Below are positions 47,669-57,314 of a DNA stretch of 64,000 bases, one piece after another (within the stretch, counting starts at the first letter, position 1; every line of letters starts with the position of its first letter). This DNA comes from an uncultured delta proteobacterium. Lineage in GTDB: Bacteria > Myxococcota_A > Polyangia > Polyangiales > Polyangiaceae. The notes beneath the pieces were generated by a model that saw nothing but the letters and a program-made list of their open reading frames with translations, made no database searches and was not told the DNA's origin. The DNA lies in the NCBI GenBank assembly GCA_963716725.1, contig CAVQUB010000001.1, positions 32,001 through 96,000 of the forward strand, given 5' to 3'. Made by a program: the position numbers and the translations under genes.

Positions 47669-48413
47669 TCAGCCCAGCGTTTTCTTGAAGTCCGCAGGCG
47701 TCATGGCCTCGAGCGGCAGCGCAAAGATGTCGCGGTGGGTACCGAGGTGCTCGAGGGCCCTGGCGAGATACGCCCGCGCGGGGACGCGCTGCGCGCGGCA
47801 GGTGGCGATGAAGCCGAGGAGCACGCAGGCGCGGTGGGCCCCTTCGGTGCTACCGGCGAAGAGCGTGTCGAGGCGGAGCTTGGCGACGTTCTGGAACTCG
47901 CGCTCGGTGGGAGAGTTGTCGATGGGGACCAGGGGGTCGTCGACGAAACGGAAGGGCGCGTCCCGGTGGTTCTTGTAGTACCGAATTGCCGCCCCCAGCG
48001 GGTCGGAGGGCAAGAGCGTCGGTTCCACCGCGTCGCGCCAGCTCTCGAAGTCCTGGATAGTGGGGCGAAGATGCCGCTGCCGCTGTTCGCGGAGCGCATC
48101 GCCGACGAGGCCGAGCTTCTGCGCCTTCTCCTCCTCGCCGTAGATCGCCCCGAGCACGCGGCTCGAGGTGAAGACGTCGTTGAAGCGATGCTCGGCGTCG
48201 GCAGTGAGGGTGCCGCGGAAGGCCTGAGCTTCGCGGCGACGACGTCGCCGCTTTTGTCGGGCTCGTACTGGAAGACGGCGACGTCGTTGTTTCGATAGAG
48301 CTCCACGTAGCCGTTGTGCGCGGCGCCGGACGGCGACGGCGAGGGCGTCGAACGAACCGCGCATGTCGAGCGGGGCCACCGCCACGAACACGCGCCGGAT
48401 GCAGGCTCAGCAC
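47669..48413 (-). pseudogene. IS66 TnpB N-terminus joined to frameshifted TnpC fragments
   Basis: VFVAVAPLDMRGSFDAL (TnpB) followed by TnpC motifs PLGAAIRYY, PIDNSPTEREF, LFAGSTEGA. Confidence 0.85.
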
Positions 48414-48766
48414 GAGCGCACAGCCTCGAGCACCCGGCGCAGCGCCGCGACTGAGACCTCGTCACCGAACTCGATGCGCGCTCCGGCGACCTCGACGACG
48501 TACCGGCCCGCGGTGGACCCGCCGACGCCGCGCGCAGCGGGAACGAGCTCGACCAGCCCGCGCGCTGTCGGGGTGGCCCGCGGCGTTCGCCGTCGCGGAC
48601 CAGCGGGCGACCCTCGCCGTCCGAGGTTGGTCTGCCACGCGCGGAGCGAGCGCCCGTCGATGTCGTGCGCCCGGGCCCACTCTCCGGCGCTCAGGCCCCG
48701 ACGCTTCGCCGCGAGAAGGCACCGCCGCGCCTCCGCCTCGTCCTCGATCTTTCGTCCGTTTGCCAC
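48407..48766 (-). CDS. IS66 accessory protein, TnpA-like
   Basis: HTH-like GLSAGEWARAHDIDGRSLRAW, LVELV, and C-terminal RIEF...LRRVLEAVRSC overlapping tnpB. Confidence 0.75.
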   Translation of the reverse strand: MANGRKIEDEAEARRCLLAAKRRGLSAGEWARAHDIDGRSLRAWQTNLGRRGSPAGPRRRTPRATPTARGLVELVPAARGVGGSTAGRYVVEVAGARIEFGDEVSVAALRRVLEAVRSC

Positions 48767-48954
48767 TGATGACCTCCGCTCCGCAGCCGCGCCTCGCGGC
48801 CGAGGCGACGGAAGTCATCCCGGCGTCGCTGATGGGTCACTCAGCGACGCGCACTCCGATCGCACGAGCCCGGTGCGTGTCCCGAGCGGGCTGCACCCGG
48901 GGAGCGATCCCTTGACGGCTCCCGCGCTGCCGACGATCGCCGAGTCATACCCAC

Positions 48955-49773
48955 CTACCGGCTCGGCAGTTCGCGTGGCTTGCGACCCAGCAACGAGGCG
49001 AGCGTCGGCGGGCTGTCAACCATGATGGCGTGAGCGCGCCCGTCCAAGGCTCGTACGAATTCTTCGAGCGTAACGACCTGATAAACGGCCAACTGCCTGC
49101 TGAGGCCAACCACGATGTCACCAACCCAGGGCTCAACCGTGCGGATGGGCATGAGCACCCAAGGCATTTCGTGACGACTCGCGTTGCTGATGCTCTCCGT
49201 CGAAGAATCGTCCCATCCGCCGATGATGCCGTCGACCTGCCGCGTCGCAATTCGACGTAGCGCCGTGTCGCTGTAGCTGATGATGACAATCTTGTCGGCA
49301 AACCCTGACGCGAGCACCGCGTCGACGGCATCGTCCACCTGCGCCACGATCTCGTCTTCCGGGGGAGTGGAGTCCTCGGGCACTTTGATTTCCAGGAAAA
49401 CGATCTTGAAGAGCCCGTCGATCGACCCGAGCATCTCGCCCAGCGTCACGACGCTTTCGCCGTTGCTCAGTGAGCATGAACGGATCTCTTCGAGCGTATA
49501 GTCCTGCACGCGACCGGCACAGTTGGTCATTCGGTCCACAGTTTCGTCATGCATGACTACATTGCGACCGTCCCGCGTCTGCTGAACGTCGAACTCAATG
49601 CCGTCTGCACCCTGTTCATACGCCAACTCGAAACCTGCCAGTGAGTTCTCGGGTGCCTGCAGCGGACTGCCGCGATGTCCGATGAGTAGAACATCGTCGT
49701 AGAACTCTGGGCCGCAGCCGATGGCCAGCATTGCGAAGACCGCGGTGAGTCCGAAGCGGAAGCGTCCTGTCAT
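48955..49773 (-). CDS. Glycerophosphodiester phosphodiesterase, lipoprotein
   Basis: LAIGC lipobox; IGHRG, PENSL, GIEFDV, VMHD, LEIK. Confidence 0.9.
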   Translation of the reverse strand: MTGRFRFGLTAVFAMLAIGCGPEFYDDVLLIGHRGSPLQAPENSLAGFELAYEQGADGIEFDVQQTRDGRNVVMHDETVDRMTNCAGRVQDYTLEEIRSCSLSNGESVVTLGEMLGSIDGLFKIVFLEIKVPEDSTPPEDEIVAQVDDAVDAVLASGFADKIVIISYSDTALRRIATRQVDGIIGGWDDSSTESISNASRHEMPWVLMPIRTVEPWVGDIVVGLSRQLAVYQVVTLEEFVRALDGRAHAIMVDSPPTLASLLGRKPRELPSR

Positions 49774-50438
49774 GGAAGGTATACCCCCAGGTGAAATCCT
49801 CCCTGGACGGTCAGCGGCACGCCGGGTCGCAGGACATGGCTCTCTGTCTTCTCCTGCAAGGTCTGCCGGAAGATCCAGTTGCCCGTCATTTCAGCTCCGA
49901 GCACGTAGCGATCCAACACTCGAGCCTCAAACCCAAGCCCTGTCACGAGCTGGTGGCTGAAAAGATGAATGCCCTGCGGCAATGCGGCGACGGCGAGAGC
50001 ATACCCGGCGGTCGCGTAGGGCGTCAGCGCCGCTCGAGGGAAGATGGGGACCGATAGCGCGCCGGCCATCGAATGCTGTGTTCTGTAACCGTAGGTCACG
50101 GTTGCTCGGAGGTACTCCCACGGAACCAGGGTCAGGCTCGGTCCGAGACCATCGCGATGAACCGAGCCGACGTGCAACCCCACGCGAAATGGGCCTGGCC
50201 CGTCGTCGTAGGCTGTCGCGAATGGGTTTTCGAACTTCCATGCTTCCCGGGGACCGGGTCGTGCCCCACCTGATGCTGGCGTCGACGCAGTCGCTGCAGA
50301 CGACCCCTCGGGACGATCATTGCCTGCCGCTAGCGACGGACGTAGCTCCAGCGTGGAGCTGGCGATGACGACCGCGCCGGCCAAAAGCGCCATCGGGCGC
50401 CTGCGCGTTTCGCGCGTGCAACTAGAGCGCGCCTTCAT
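49770..50438 (-). CDS. Secreted protein, possible small outer-membrane beta-barrel
   Basis: Signal-like N-terminus, amphipathic beta-strand patterns (LTPYATAGYA, TGLGFEA), C-terminal GFHLGVYLP; start uncertain. Confidence 0.55.
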   Translation of the reverse strand: MKARSSCTRETRRRPMALLAGAVVIASSTLELRPSLAAGNDRPEGSSAATASTPASGGARPGPREAWKFENPFATAYDDGPGPFRVGLHVGSVHRDGLGPSLTLVPWEYLRATVTYGYRTQHSMAGALSVPIFPRAALTPYATAGYALAVAALPQGIHLFSHQLVTGLGFEARVLDRYVLGAEMTGNWIFRQTLQEKTESHVLRPGVPLTVQGGFHLGVYLP

Positions 50439-50456
50439 GTCTTCCATACGTGGGCT

Positions 50457-51149
50457 CTAGCCCAGGTGGTCGTCCTTTGCGCTCAAGGCGCGTCGGGCAG
50501 CGGACAGAGCTGCAATCACGCCGATTGCGTTCATGACTCCGAGGATGCCGACACCTGCAAGCAGCAAAGCGTGGGGCACCACCGGGCTGAAGTCCACAGT
50601 TCCGAGTGCCAAACAACACAGCAGCAGGATGGTGCGCTCAGGACGCCGCATGAACAGTGCCGGCAGCTGAGTGCCCAGCGCCTCGGCGCGGGCGCGCACG
50701 TAGCTCACGCCGAAACCGAATACGAGCGCGCCAACGGGAATCAATGCCAAGCGATCGTACACGAGATAGAGCGATGCGACGCCGATCAGCGGAAAGGCGT
50801 CCGCGAAGCGATCGACGGTGGAGTCGAGCAGTGCGCCCCAGCGCGACGAGGTGCCCGTTGCCCGCGCCACGACGCCGTCAAGGGCGTCGAACACGCCGCC
50901 GACCAAGACCAGGGTGGTGGCGCCCCACAGGTGTCCCGTGGCTACGGCGACGCCTGCCGCGGCGGACAGCGCCAGCGCCAGGATGGTGAGCGCGTTGGCG
51001 CTGATGCCCGCGCGCGCGAGAGCGCGCCCCAAAGCGCTGATCAGAGAGTAGCCGACGTGCGCCAGCTGCACGTCTTGCCACACCGTGCCGCGCAACCGCT
51101 GCGCGGTTGGATCGTTCGGCAGGATGTCAGAGTCTGTTAGAATTTGCAT
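50457..51149 (-). CDS. CDP-alcohol phosphatidyltransferase (PgsA/PIS-like)
   Basis: DALDGVVARATG-SSRWGALLDSTVDR signature; SYVRARAE; RPER. Confidence 0.92.
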   Translation of the reverse strand: MQILTDSDILPNDPTAQRLRGTVWQDVQLAHVGYSLISALGRALARAGISANALTILALALSAAAGVAVATGHLWGATTLVLVGGVFDALDGVVARATGTSSRWGALLDSTVDRFADAFPLIGVASLYLVYDRLALIPVGALVFGFGVSYVRARAEALGTQLPALFMRRPERTILLLCCLALGTVDFSPVVPHALLLAGVGILGVMNAIGVIAALSAARRALSAKDDHLG

Positions 51150-51174
51150 ATTCGATCCGGGTTGCCGTCGAACC

Positions 51175-51190
51175 TGCACATGCCGTTCCA
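51175..51190 (-). promoter_or_regulatory. Sigma-54 (-24/-12)-like promoter for the CDP-alcohol transferase operon
   Basis: TGGAACGGCATGTGCA (GG-N10-GC) just upstream of ATG 51149. Confidence 0.6.
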
Positions 51191-51277
51191 CAGAACCCCT
51201 TGAGCTTCTCTGACCCCGCGGAGCTTCGGGGCCAAGCCGACCGATGCGTAAGCTTTCATGCCACGTGGCGGTTTCAC

Positions 51278-51311
51278 TGCGGATTGCGCACTACGCGCTG
51301 CGAGATCCGCA
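51278..51311 (+). promoter_or_regulatory. Tandem palindromic enhancer-like sites
   Basis: TGCGGATTGCGCA (51278) and TGCGAGATCCGCA (51299): TGCG-N5-CGCA, 21 bp apart. Confidence 0.65.
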
Positions 51312-51385
51312 GTACCTGGCTGCGAGCAGAGGGAGAAGGACCTACGTGGCTGCGCCCGGCGTTCTCCCTGTGCGCAGATAGCCAC

Positions 51386-51401
51386 CGGCATGGAGCGTGC
51401 A
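51386..51401 (+). promoter_or_regulatory. Sigma-54-like promoter for the CBS gene
   Basis: CGGCATGGAGCGTGCA (GG-N10-GC), upstream of AGGAG and ATG 51435. Confidence 0.6.
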
Positions 51402-51434
51402 TTGACACCTCCTGAAAAGCACAGGAGTCAAGAG

Positions 51435-51908
51435 ATGAAACACGCCAAAACCGCCGCAGACTTGATGACGCGCAACGTGGTCGTGGTCTATCCGGAGGAC
51501 AGCCTAAATCAGATCGCCGAAGGCATGGCCCTCTTCGGGTTGCGGCAGATCCCAGTTGTCGATGATGGCGTGCTGGTTGGCGTGGTGGATGAAAGGAGTG
51601 TGATTGGGATGAGGTCGTCGCCAAAGGAAACGCTTCTTTCGAATCTCCTGCGCGGGCTGCGAGCCGAGCGGAGCTTCGTCGCGGAGGTCATGGCTGCCCC
51701 CGCGAGCACCGTGACCACCAGCGCATCGATGAAGGAAGTCATGGAAACCTTCGAGCGCATCGGCGGCAACTCACTGCCGGTTGTGGACGATGTCGGACGC
51801 CTGGTGGGCTTGATCATGCCGGAGCAAGTGGCCCGCTTCGCAGGAAGTCTGATCAAGGAAGCTCCACCCTCCCGGCGCGGCCCCGCCCTTATCCTGCGGG
51901 CAGCGTGA
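51435..51908 (+). CDS. CBS domain pair protein
   Basis: ADLMTRNVVVV...IPVVDDGVLVGVV and VAEVM...LPVVDDVGRLVGLI. Confidence 0.9.
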   Translation: MKHAKTAADLMTRNVVVVYPEDSLNQIAEGMALFGLRQIPVVDDGVLVGVVDERSVIGMRSSPKETLLSNLLRGLRAERSFVAEVMAAPASTVTTSASMKEVMETFERIGGNSLPVVDDVGRLVGLIMPEQVARFAGSLIKEAPPSRRGPALILRAA

Positions 51909-51922
51909 GCACGTGAGTTCGG

Positions 51923-53260
51923 TCACTCGATTTCGTAGCGTTTGAGCTTTTCGTAGAGCGTCCTGAGCCCGATGCCCAACTGCTCTGCCGCTTTTCGCCG
52001 ATTGCCGTCGACACCAGAGAGCGCGGCTTCGATGGTCGCTCGCTCGACGCCTGCTAGCGTTGTGCCCGCGGCTGGCTCCGAGGCCTGCGAGCGCGTGCGG
52101 CGCCGCCGCACCGGTTCGAGGTCCTCGGCGAGAATTTGGTTAGTCTCGCTCACGATAGCAGCGCGCTCCAGCGCATTGGCCAACTCGCGCACGTTGCCGC
52201 GCCATTCGCCAGCCAGAATGGCCTGCTCAGCGTCTTCACTCAGCTCGAGCGGCGGGCGGCCCAAGCTTGCACAAATCCGACCCAGCAGGCTTCTCGCCAG
52301 AGGCAAGATATCGAGCTTCCGCTCGCGCAGGGGCGGAAGCTCGACGGGGAAGACGGCAATTCTGTGGAACAGGTCGCCGCGGAAGGAGCCGTCTTCCACC
52401 ATCAGATTGAGGTCACGATTGGTCGCGGTGACCCAGCGGACGTCAGCAGCCACAGTGCGCGTGCCACCCACGCGCTCGAACTCGCGTTCCTGAAGTACGC
52501 GCAACAGTTTCGCCTGCAGCGCTGGTTTGAGCTCGCCGACTTCGTCGAGAAAAAAGGTGCCACCCGCGGCGAGCTCTATGCGCCCGCGACGCGCGGCAAC
52601 AGCCCCAGTAAAGGCGCCCTTCTCGTGACCAAAGAACTCGCTTTCGAGCAACTCCTCAGAGAGCGACGCGCAGTTGACTGCAACGAAGGGGCCATCCGCA
52701 CGCCGGCTCCAACGATGAAGAGCGCGAGCGGCCACTTCCTTCCCAGTTCCGCTTTCTCCCATCAACAGCACCGTCGCTTCGGTCGGGGCTACCTTCTTCA
52801 GTGCTTTGACTACGGGCGCCATCGCCTCATCTCCGTAGGTCAATACCGGATCATCACCGCCATCGCGCGTGACGCGCTCCTTGAGCGCAAGAAGGGAGCG
52901 CCGCTCGAGGGCGCGGGCAGCCAATAGTCGGAGCTCGGCCAGGCTCTCGATCGGTTTCTCGAGGAAATCGAAGGCGCCGAGTTTCATCGCTTCAACAGCG
53001 GCGTCGATAGACCCATGTGCCGAGAGCACCACGACCTCGAGATCTGGTTGCAGTGTTCGGGCCCTGCGCAGAAGCTCCAAACCGTCCATGCCGGGCATGC
53101 GCAGATCCGTAAACATCAGGTCGAATGTACGGCGCGCGAGAGCGGCGAGCGCCTGTTCGCCACCCTCAGCGCCGACGGCTTCGTGTTCGTTCCCCCCGAG
53201 CGCTTCCATGACGAACTCGCGAATCCCCTCCTCATCGTCCACGACTAAGATACGCGCCAT
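51923..53260 (-). CDS. Sigma-54-dependent response regulator (NtrC/AtoC/ZraR type)
   Basis: Receiver (VVDDE, TDLRMP), [32 protein letters not shown], Fis-type HTH. Confidence 0.95.
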   Translation of the reverse strand: MARILVVDDEEGIREFVMEALGGNEHEAVGAEGGEQALAALARRTFDLMFTDLRMPGMDGLELLRRARTLQPDLEVVVLSAHGSIDAAVEAMKLGAFDFLEKPIESLAELRLLAARALERRSLLALKERVTRDGGDDPVLTYGDEAMAPVVKALKKVAPTEATVLLMGESGTGKEVAARALHRWSRRADGPFVAVNCASLSEELLESEFFGHEKGAFTGAVAARRGRIELAAGGTFFLDEVGELKPALQAKLLRVLQEREFERVGGTRTVAADVRWVTATNRDLNLMVEDGSFRGDLFHRIAVFPVELPPLRERKLDILPLARSLLGRICASLGRPPLELSEDAEQAILAGEWRGNVRELANALERAAIVSETNQILAEDLEPVRRRRTRSQASEPAAGTTLAGVERATIEAALSGVDGNRRKAAEQLGIGLRTLYEKLKRYEIE

Positions 53261-53265
53261 GTCCA

Positions 53266-54549
53266 CTACCTCGGGATTCGTACTCGAAACTCGGCACCGC
53301 CACCGGCGTGGTTGATGGCGCTGATACTACCACCATGCAACTCAACGATGCGGCGCGCCACGGCAAGGCCCAGACCCACGCCCTGCGCGCGCGTCGTCCG
53401 AAACGGCTCGAAGATGTGTTCCCGCTCGCCATCGGGAATTCCGTCACCGTGGTCGCGGACCGACAAGAACAGAATGTTGCCATCGCCCGTGAGCTGGACC
53501 TCGACCTTGGCGCCATCCGGCGAGGCTTCCAGGGCGTTGTCGATCAAATTGCGAAAAACCTGCTGGATACGCGGCGGGTCGAGTGCAAAGGAGCCTGGCG
53601 CCGTGTCGTCGCTGATCTCGATGCGCGTTGGGTCGGTGGATTCCACCGTCTGCCGCAACAACTCGCCTGGGTTGACGTCGCGGCGTTGGATGCTGCCGGA
53701 GCGGATGAAGTCGAGCAGCGTTCGGCTCAAGTCCTCGAGTCGACGCGCCTCGACCACGATGCGATCCGCCTTCCTTCGCTGACGACTGTCTTCCGGGAGC
53801 TGTTCACTGAGCAGCTCCGCGTGCCCCTTCAGCGAAGTCAGAGGGTTTCGAATCTCGTGTGCAAGCACGGCAGACATTTCCCCCAGAAGCTTGAGACGGT
53901 GTTCTCGTTGGCGTTGCTCCTCCTCGAACTCGCGCCGACGGAGCACCCAAGATAGCGCCACCGCCAGCAGCATAAAGACTCCCGCGATTCCCGAACTGAG
54001 CAGGAATGCTGTACTTGCTTCTCGCTCCAAGCGGTTCGCAACCAGGGGCTCGAACTCCAGTACCAGGATGCGTCTCGCGGGCGGCGAACGCGGTTCCGAA
54101 GGCGTCGCGCCCGTGCTCGGCGCAGGCGAGTCCGTGATCGCCGCAACTGCAGTCAGGTGGGCTCGCTCGCCTATGCGACGGAGTTCAAAAGGTCGAGCAC
54201 TGGCGACCGTGACCTTTTCACGCAGGACAGCATCCCCAACCTCCACCACGTGCTCTGCGCCAGACTGGTACACGGCGACATAGCGCAGCCCGGCGTCGTA
54301 GTTCTTCGAAAGCACTTGTTGGGCGACGCCCGGATCCGGTCGAGAACCGCCTTGGGCGACGTGGGTTTCGAACAGCTGTTTGCGAAACAGGTCTGCTTGG
54401 CCGCGGATCAACAGCTCGGAAGCCTCTTCGATGCGGCGCTTGCTGGACCACGCAGTGGCCACGAGCGCGGCCGCTAAACCGAGCGCAACTACGAGCAAGG
54501 ACCAGCGCGCCCAACGTGAACGTTTTGTGCGTGTCGTTTTCTGAAGCAT
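53266..54549 (-). CDS. Membrane sensor histidine kinase
   Basis: Two TM segments, [29 protein letters not shown]. Confidence 0.93.
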   Translation of the reverse strand: MLQKTTRTKRSRWARWSLLVVALGLAAALVATAWSSKRRIEEASELLIRGQADLFRKQLFETHVAQGGSRPDPGVAQQVLSKNYDAGLRYVAVYQSGAEHVVEVGDAVLREKVTVASARPFELRRIGERAHLTAVAAITDSPAPSTGATPSEPRSPPARRILVLEFEPLVANRLEREASTAFLLSSGIAGVFMLLAVALSWVLRRREFEEEQRQREHRLKLLGEMSAVLAHEIRNPLTSLKGHAELLSEQLPEDSRQRRKADRIVVEARRLEDLSRTLLDFIRSGSIQRRDVNPGELLRQTVESTDPTRIEISDDTAPGSFALDPPRIQQVFRNLIDNALEASPDGAKVEVQLTGDGNILFLSVRDHGDGIPDGEREHIFEPFRTTRAQGVGLGLAVARRIVELHGGSISAINHAGGGAEFRVRIPR

Positions 54550-54611
54550 GCGTCACACTCGGACAATAGCGCGCGGGCGCAACTCCGCGTTGGGTTCTTG
54601 GTCAAGACTGT

Positions 54612-54627
54612 TACAAGTGTCGTGCCA
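54612..54627 (-). promoter_or_regulatory. Sigma-54-like promoter for the HK-RR operon
   Basis: TGGCACGACACTTGTA, one mismatch to TGGCACG-N4-TTGC(A/T). Confidence 0.65.
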
Positions 54628-54824
54628 ACGTTCGGGGCTCCTCACCCGCATGATGCCGGTATTGCCGTCTCGTGCCCGATCTGGGCTTGACAGCAGACCG
54701 ATGTGACCGCCTTGGGTGCCGTCGCGCCCGCGTGTGGCTCTGTTGCTTGCGCGCTGCCCGCGCTTGGACACACGGGCAAGGCCGACACCGCACACCCCAG
54801 CCAGCTGGTGGTTCCGGCGTGCAC

Positions 54825-54858
54825 TGCCGATGTGGCAGTTCCGGGTGCGGGTTCCGCA
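54825..54858 (+). promoter_or_regulatory. Second tandem palindromic enhancer-like pair
   Basis: TGCCGATGTGGCA (54825) and TGCGGGTTCCGCA (54846), again 21 bp apart. Confidence 0.6.
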
Positions 54859-54922
54859 TGATGCGCGCGACAGTCTGTCGGATGGCCGTCCAGTTTGTCG
54901 GCACTTATGGCCCAAAGCCACG

Positions 54923-54938
54923 TGGTACGCCGGGTGCA
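54923..54938 (+). promoter_or_regulatory. Sigma-54-like promoter for the small lipoprotein/kinase unit
   Basis: TGGTACGCCGGGTGCA (GG-N10-GC). Confidence 0.55.
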
Positions 54939-54951
54939 AGGTGCAAGGTGC

Positions 54952-55191
54952 ATGATCCTTTGCAGCAAAGCAGCACGAGCCTGTTCGATCTGGATCGCGC
55001 CGCTTGCGCTTGCATTTGCGGTCACGACCGCCTGCGCGAACGACGCGACTTCCAGCGGCGACCAACGTTGCGACGCGACGCAGAACTGTGGTGCGGGCGA
55101 TGACGACGGCGAGCCCGAGCTATCCTGGCAAGAGCTCAACGAGCTGCTGGACAAGCTGGAAAAGCAGATTGAGGACCCGAGCGATGAATAG
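54952..55191 (+). CDS. Small lipoprotein-like protein (79 aa)
   Basis: Hydrophobic signal ending TTAC, a Cys pair and an acidic helical tail (ELNELLDKLEKQIE). Confidence 0.6.
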   Translation: MILCSKAARACSIWIAPLALAFAVTTACANDATSSGDQRCDATQNCGAGDDDGEPELSWQELNELLDKLEKQIEDPSDE

Positions 55192-56299
55192 ACCGCCGGA
55201 GGCCGTTTCAAGTATCGCGAGGACTGATGCCCCAAGCAACTTGAGCACACCGACGACCCAAGGGCCCGTCAAGGACGTCGTGCTGCAGGAAGCGACCACT
55301 CGCCCGACCGTCTCGCCCGCTGGACGGGAACCGGCGCGGGCACTCCGACGGGAGCGCATCATGCAGGGAGTTCACGAATCAACGACGCCGGCGACCCCGG
55401 AACTGACCGAGGCGGAAGAACCGCTCATCGGCAGAGTGGTCAGCGGCCGCTATCGGGTGCTCGAGCGCATTGGTCGCGGTGGCATGGGCGTCGTGTACAG
55501 GGTGGAACACGTGGAGTTGGGCAAAGTTCTGGCGATGAAGGTTCTTTCGGGCGCCGCCGGCCGCGACCCGACCGTCGCCGCACGTTTCCAGCGAGAGGCC
55601 CGGCTGGTGAGCAAGCTGTTCGATCCTCATACGGTTCAAGTCTCCGACTACGGAGTATCCGACGGCGTGACGTGGATAGTGATGCAGCTGATTTCCGGCA
55701 AGGACTTGTCCCGCGTGCTTGCCGAGGAGGGCAGGCTCCGCGCCTCGCGCGTGGCAATGATCGTCGACGGTGTGTGCCGCTCCCTCAGCGAGGCGCACGC
55801 TTTGGGGATCGTGCATCGCGACATCAAGCCGAGCAACATCATGTTGACCGACGCAGGCGGGGTGATGGTGCTGGACTTTGGCCTGGCCAAGATGCGGGAT
55901 TGCCATGACCTGATCACGCTCTCGGCAGCCGGAGTTGTAGTCGGCACACCCGGCTACATGTCTCCGGATCAAGCGATGGGTGACGACATGGACGGTCGTG
56001 CCGACATCTACGGCATCGGCGCCACAATGTTCCGCATGCTCGTCGGTTACCCGCCGTTCAGCGGAGGCTCGCCCGCAGAGCTTTGCGTTCGGCAGCTTTG
56101 TGAACCACCCCCCTGTCCACATCGCGCAGCTCCCGAGCTCGGCATCCCGCCAGCGCTGTCGGAAGTCGTTAGGCACGCTTTGGAGCCAAAGCGCGAGCGC
56201 CGCTACGCCAACGCAGAAGAACTGCGCGCGGCCGTGCACGCCGCCGTCTACGATCCCGAGGACAGCGTGGTGTTCCCCTTGGTGCGCCGCACGGGCTGA
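55184..56299 (+). CDS. Ser/Thr protein kinase, soluble
   Basis: GRGGMG, AMK, HRDIKPSN, DFG, GTPGYMSPD; start 55184 or 55361. Confidence 0.9.
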   Translation: MNRPPEAVSSIARTDAPSNLSTPTTQGPVKDVVLQEATTRPTVSPAGREPARALRRERIMQGVHESTTPATPELTEAEEPLIGRVVSGRYRVLERIGRGGMGVVYRVEHVELGKVLAMKVLSGAAGRDPTVAARFQREARLVSKLFDPHTVQVSDYGVSDGVTWIVMQLISGKDLSRVLAEEGRLRASRVAMIVDGVCRSLSEAHALGIVHRDIKPSNIMLTDAGGVMVLDFGLAKMRDCHDLITLSAAGVVVGTPGYMSPDQAMGDDMDGRADIYGIGATMFRMLVGYPPFSGGSPAELCVRQLCEPPPCPHRAAPELGIPPALSEVVRHALEPKRERRYANAEELRAAVHAAVYDPEDSVVFPLVRRTG

Positions 56300-56683
56300 C
56301 CCCGCGACCGCAGCCTCCCCATGTGCCAGCGTCGGATGAGAGAGCTCCCCCTCGAAACCCAAGTACCGATGGGCGGAGAATGGATCGCATGTCGCGCCGA
56401 ACACCGCGTGCGCCAGGACACGCTCGACGCGCGGCAAGCGCTGCACCCCGGTCGCTTTGCGGTGTGTCGTCGAGTGCGTTGCGTTGTTGCTGAGCAGGGC
56501 CTGAGCACGCGCAGATCCGCGCCACTGTCGTTCGTGAGCCCAAGCAAGATGACGGCGACGTCGCGCTGCGCGTCGACGCCAACCCGCCAATCGAGGCCGA
56601 CGCCCGAGTCCGTGCAGCACCAGTGATAGCCCTCGGACGTCGACGCAGCGTCGAGTCCCGAGCTCGGCAACGGCGATGGTGGG

Positions 56684-57226
56684 TTGTCCGAGCTGCCGGC
56701 TCCATTCGCCAAGCTTGGGAGCGCCTGCACACCCAGCGACGCAGGCGCCAGACCCACCGAGCTCTGCGGCGCCTCCGGTCACGTCGTCGGGCTCGAGGCG
56801 ATGGTCGACACCGTCGATGGCGTACCGCCTGCGGGCGCCCAGGTGATTCGCGTCGAGCCGGAGCGCGCAACGAACCCGGGGCGCTCGCTGGTCGTGGCCC
56901 TCGAAGGCGACCGGCTCTGGTTTCGCCTGGTCTCGTGTGGAGCCTGCCGTCGCATCATGGGCCGGGCCTTCGTTGCCGAGCTCTCGAAGCTCTCCGACGC
57001 CCAGCTGAAAGACATCCAGCTGCGCGTTGGGCTACCCGCGGACGTTCGCCCGCTGCACACGCCGGATGCGTGGCGTGCGGCGTACCGTGATCGACCGCTG
57101 CCCCCGCTACCAGACGCCTCGACGCCCCTCGGCAAGCCCCTCTCGGCGCCCCCGGGCGTCCCCGGCGAGTGCATGAATCGCCCGCCGAACGAGCCTTTGC
57201 CCGCGACGTGTCGCAAGCTGAAGTGA
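56684..57226 (+). CDS. Hypothetical protein (CxxC); 5' end uncertain
   Basis: Globular-looking ORF with CGAC; no family recognised. Confidence 0.5.
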   Translation: MSELPAPFAKLGSACTPSDAGARPTELCGASGHVVGLEAMVDTVDGVPPAGAQVIRVEPERATNPGRSLVVALEGDRLWFRLVSCGACRRIMGRAFVAELSKLSDAQLKDIQLRVGLPADVRPLHTPDAWRAAYRDRPLPPLPDASTPLGKPLSAPPGVPGECMNRPPNEPLPATCRKLK

Positions 57227-57314
57227 GCGGTCGGTCAACACTGGCGGCGGGTCCGGGCGGAACGTGCCTCGACAACCTGTGACGGCTAGCGGCCCCGCTG
57301 CCAAGGTGGCCGGG

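Larger units (their letters stand above)
47617..48840 (-). mobile_element. Internally deleted IS66-family element (1224 bp) with perfect 25-bp terminal inverted repeats
   Basis: GTGACCCATCAGCGACGCCGGGATG at 47617-47641 and its exact reverse complement at 48816-48840; contains tnpA-, tnpB- and tnpC-like remains. Confidence 0.9.

Noticed and set aside
51266..51281. Additional TGGC-N7-CTGC sigma-54-like match
   Set aside because: It overlaps the palindromic site and is far from a start; the 51386 element fits better.
56321..56683. Readthrough joining ORF 56321-56626 to 56684-57226
   Set aside because: Two consecutive stops (TGA TAG), and the upstream part does not look coding.
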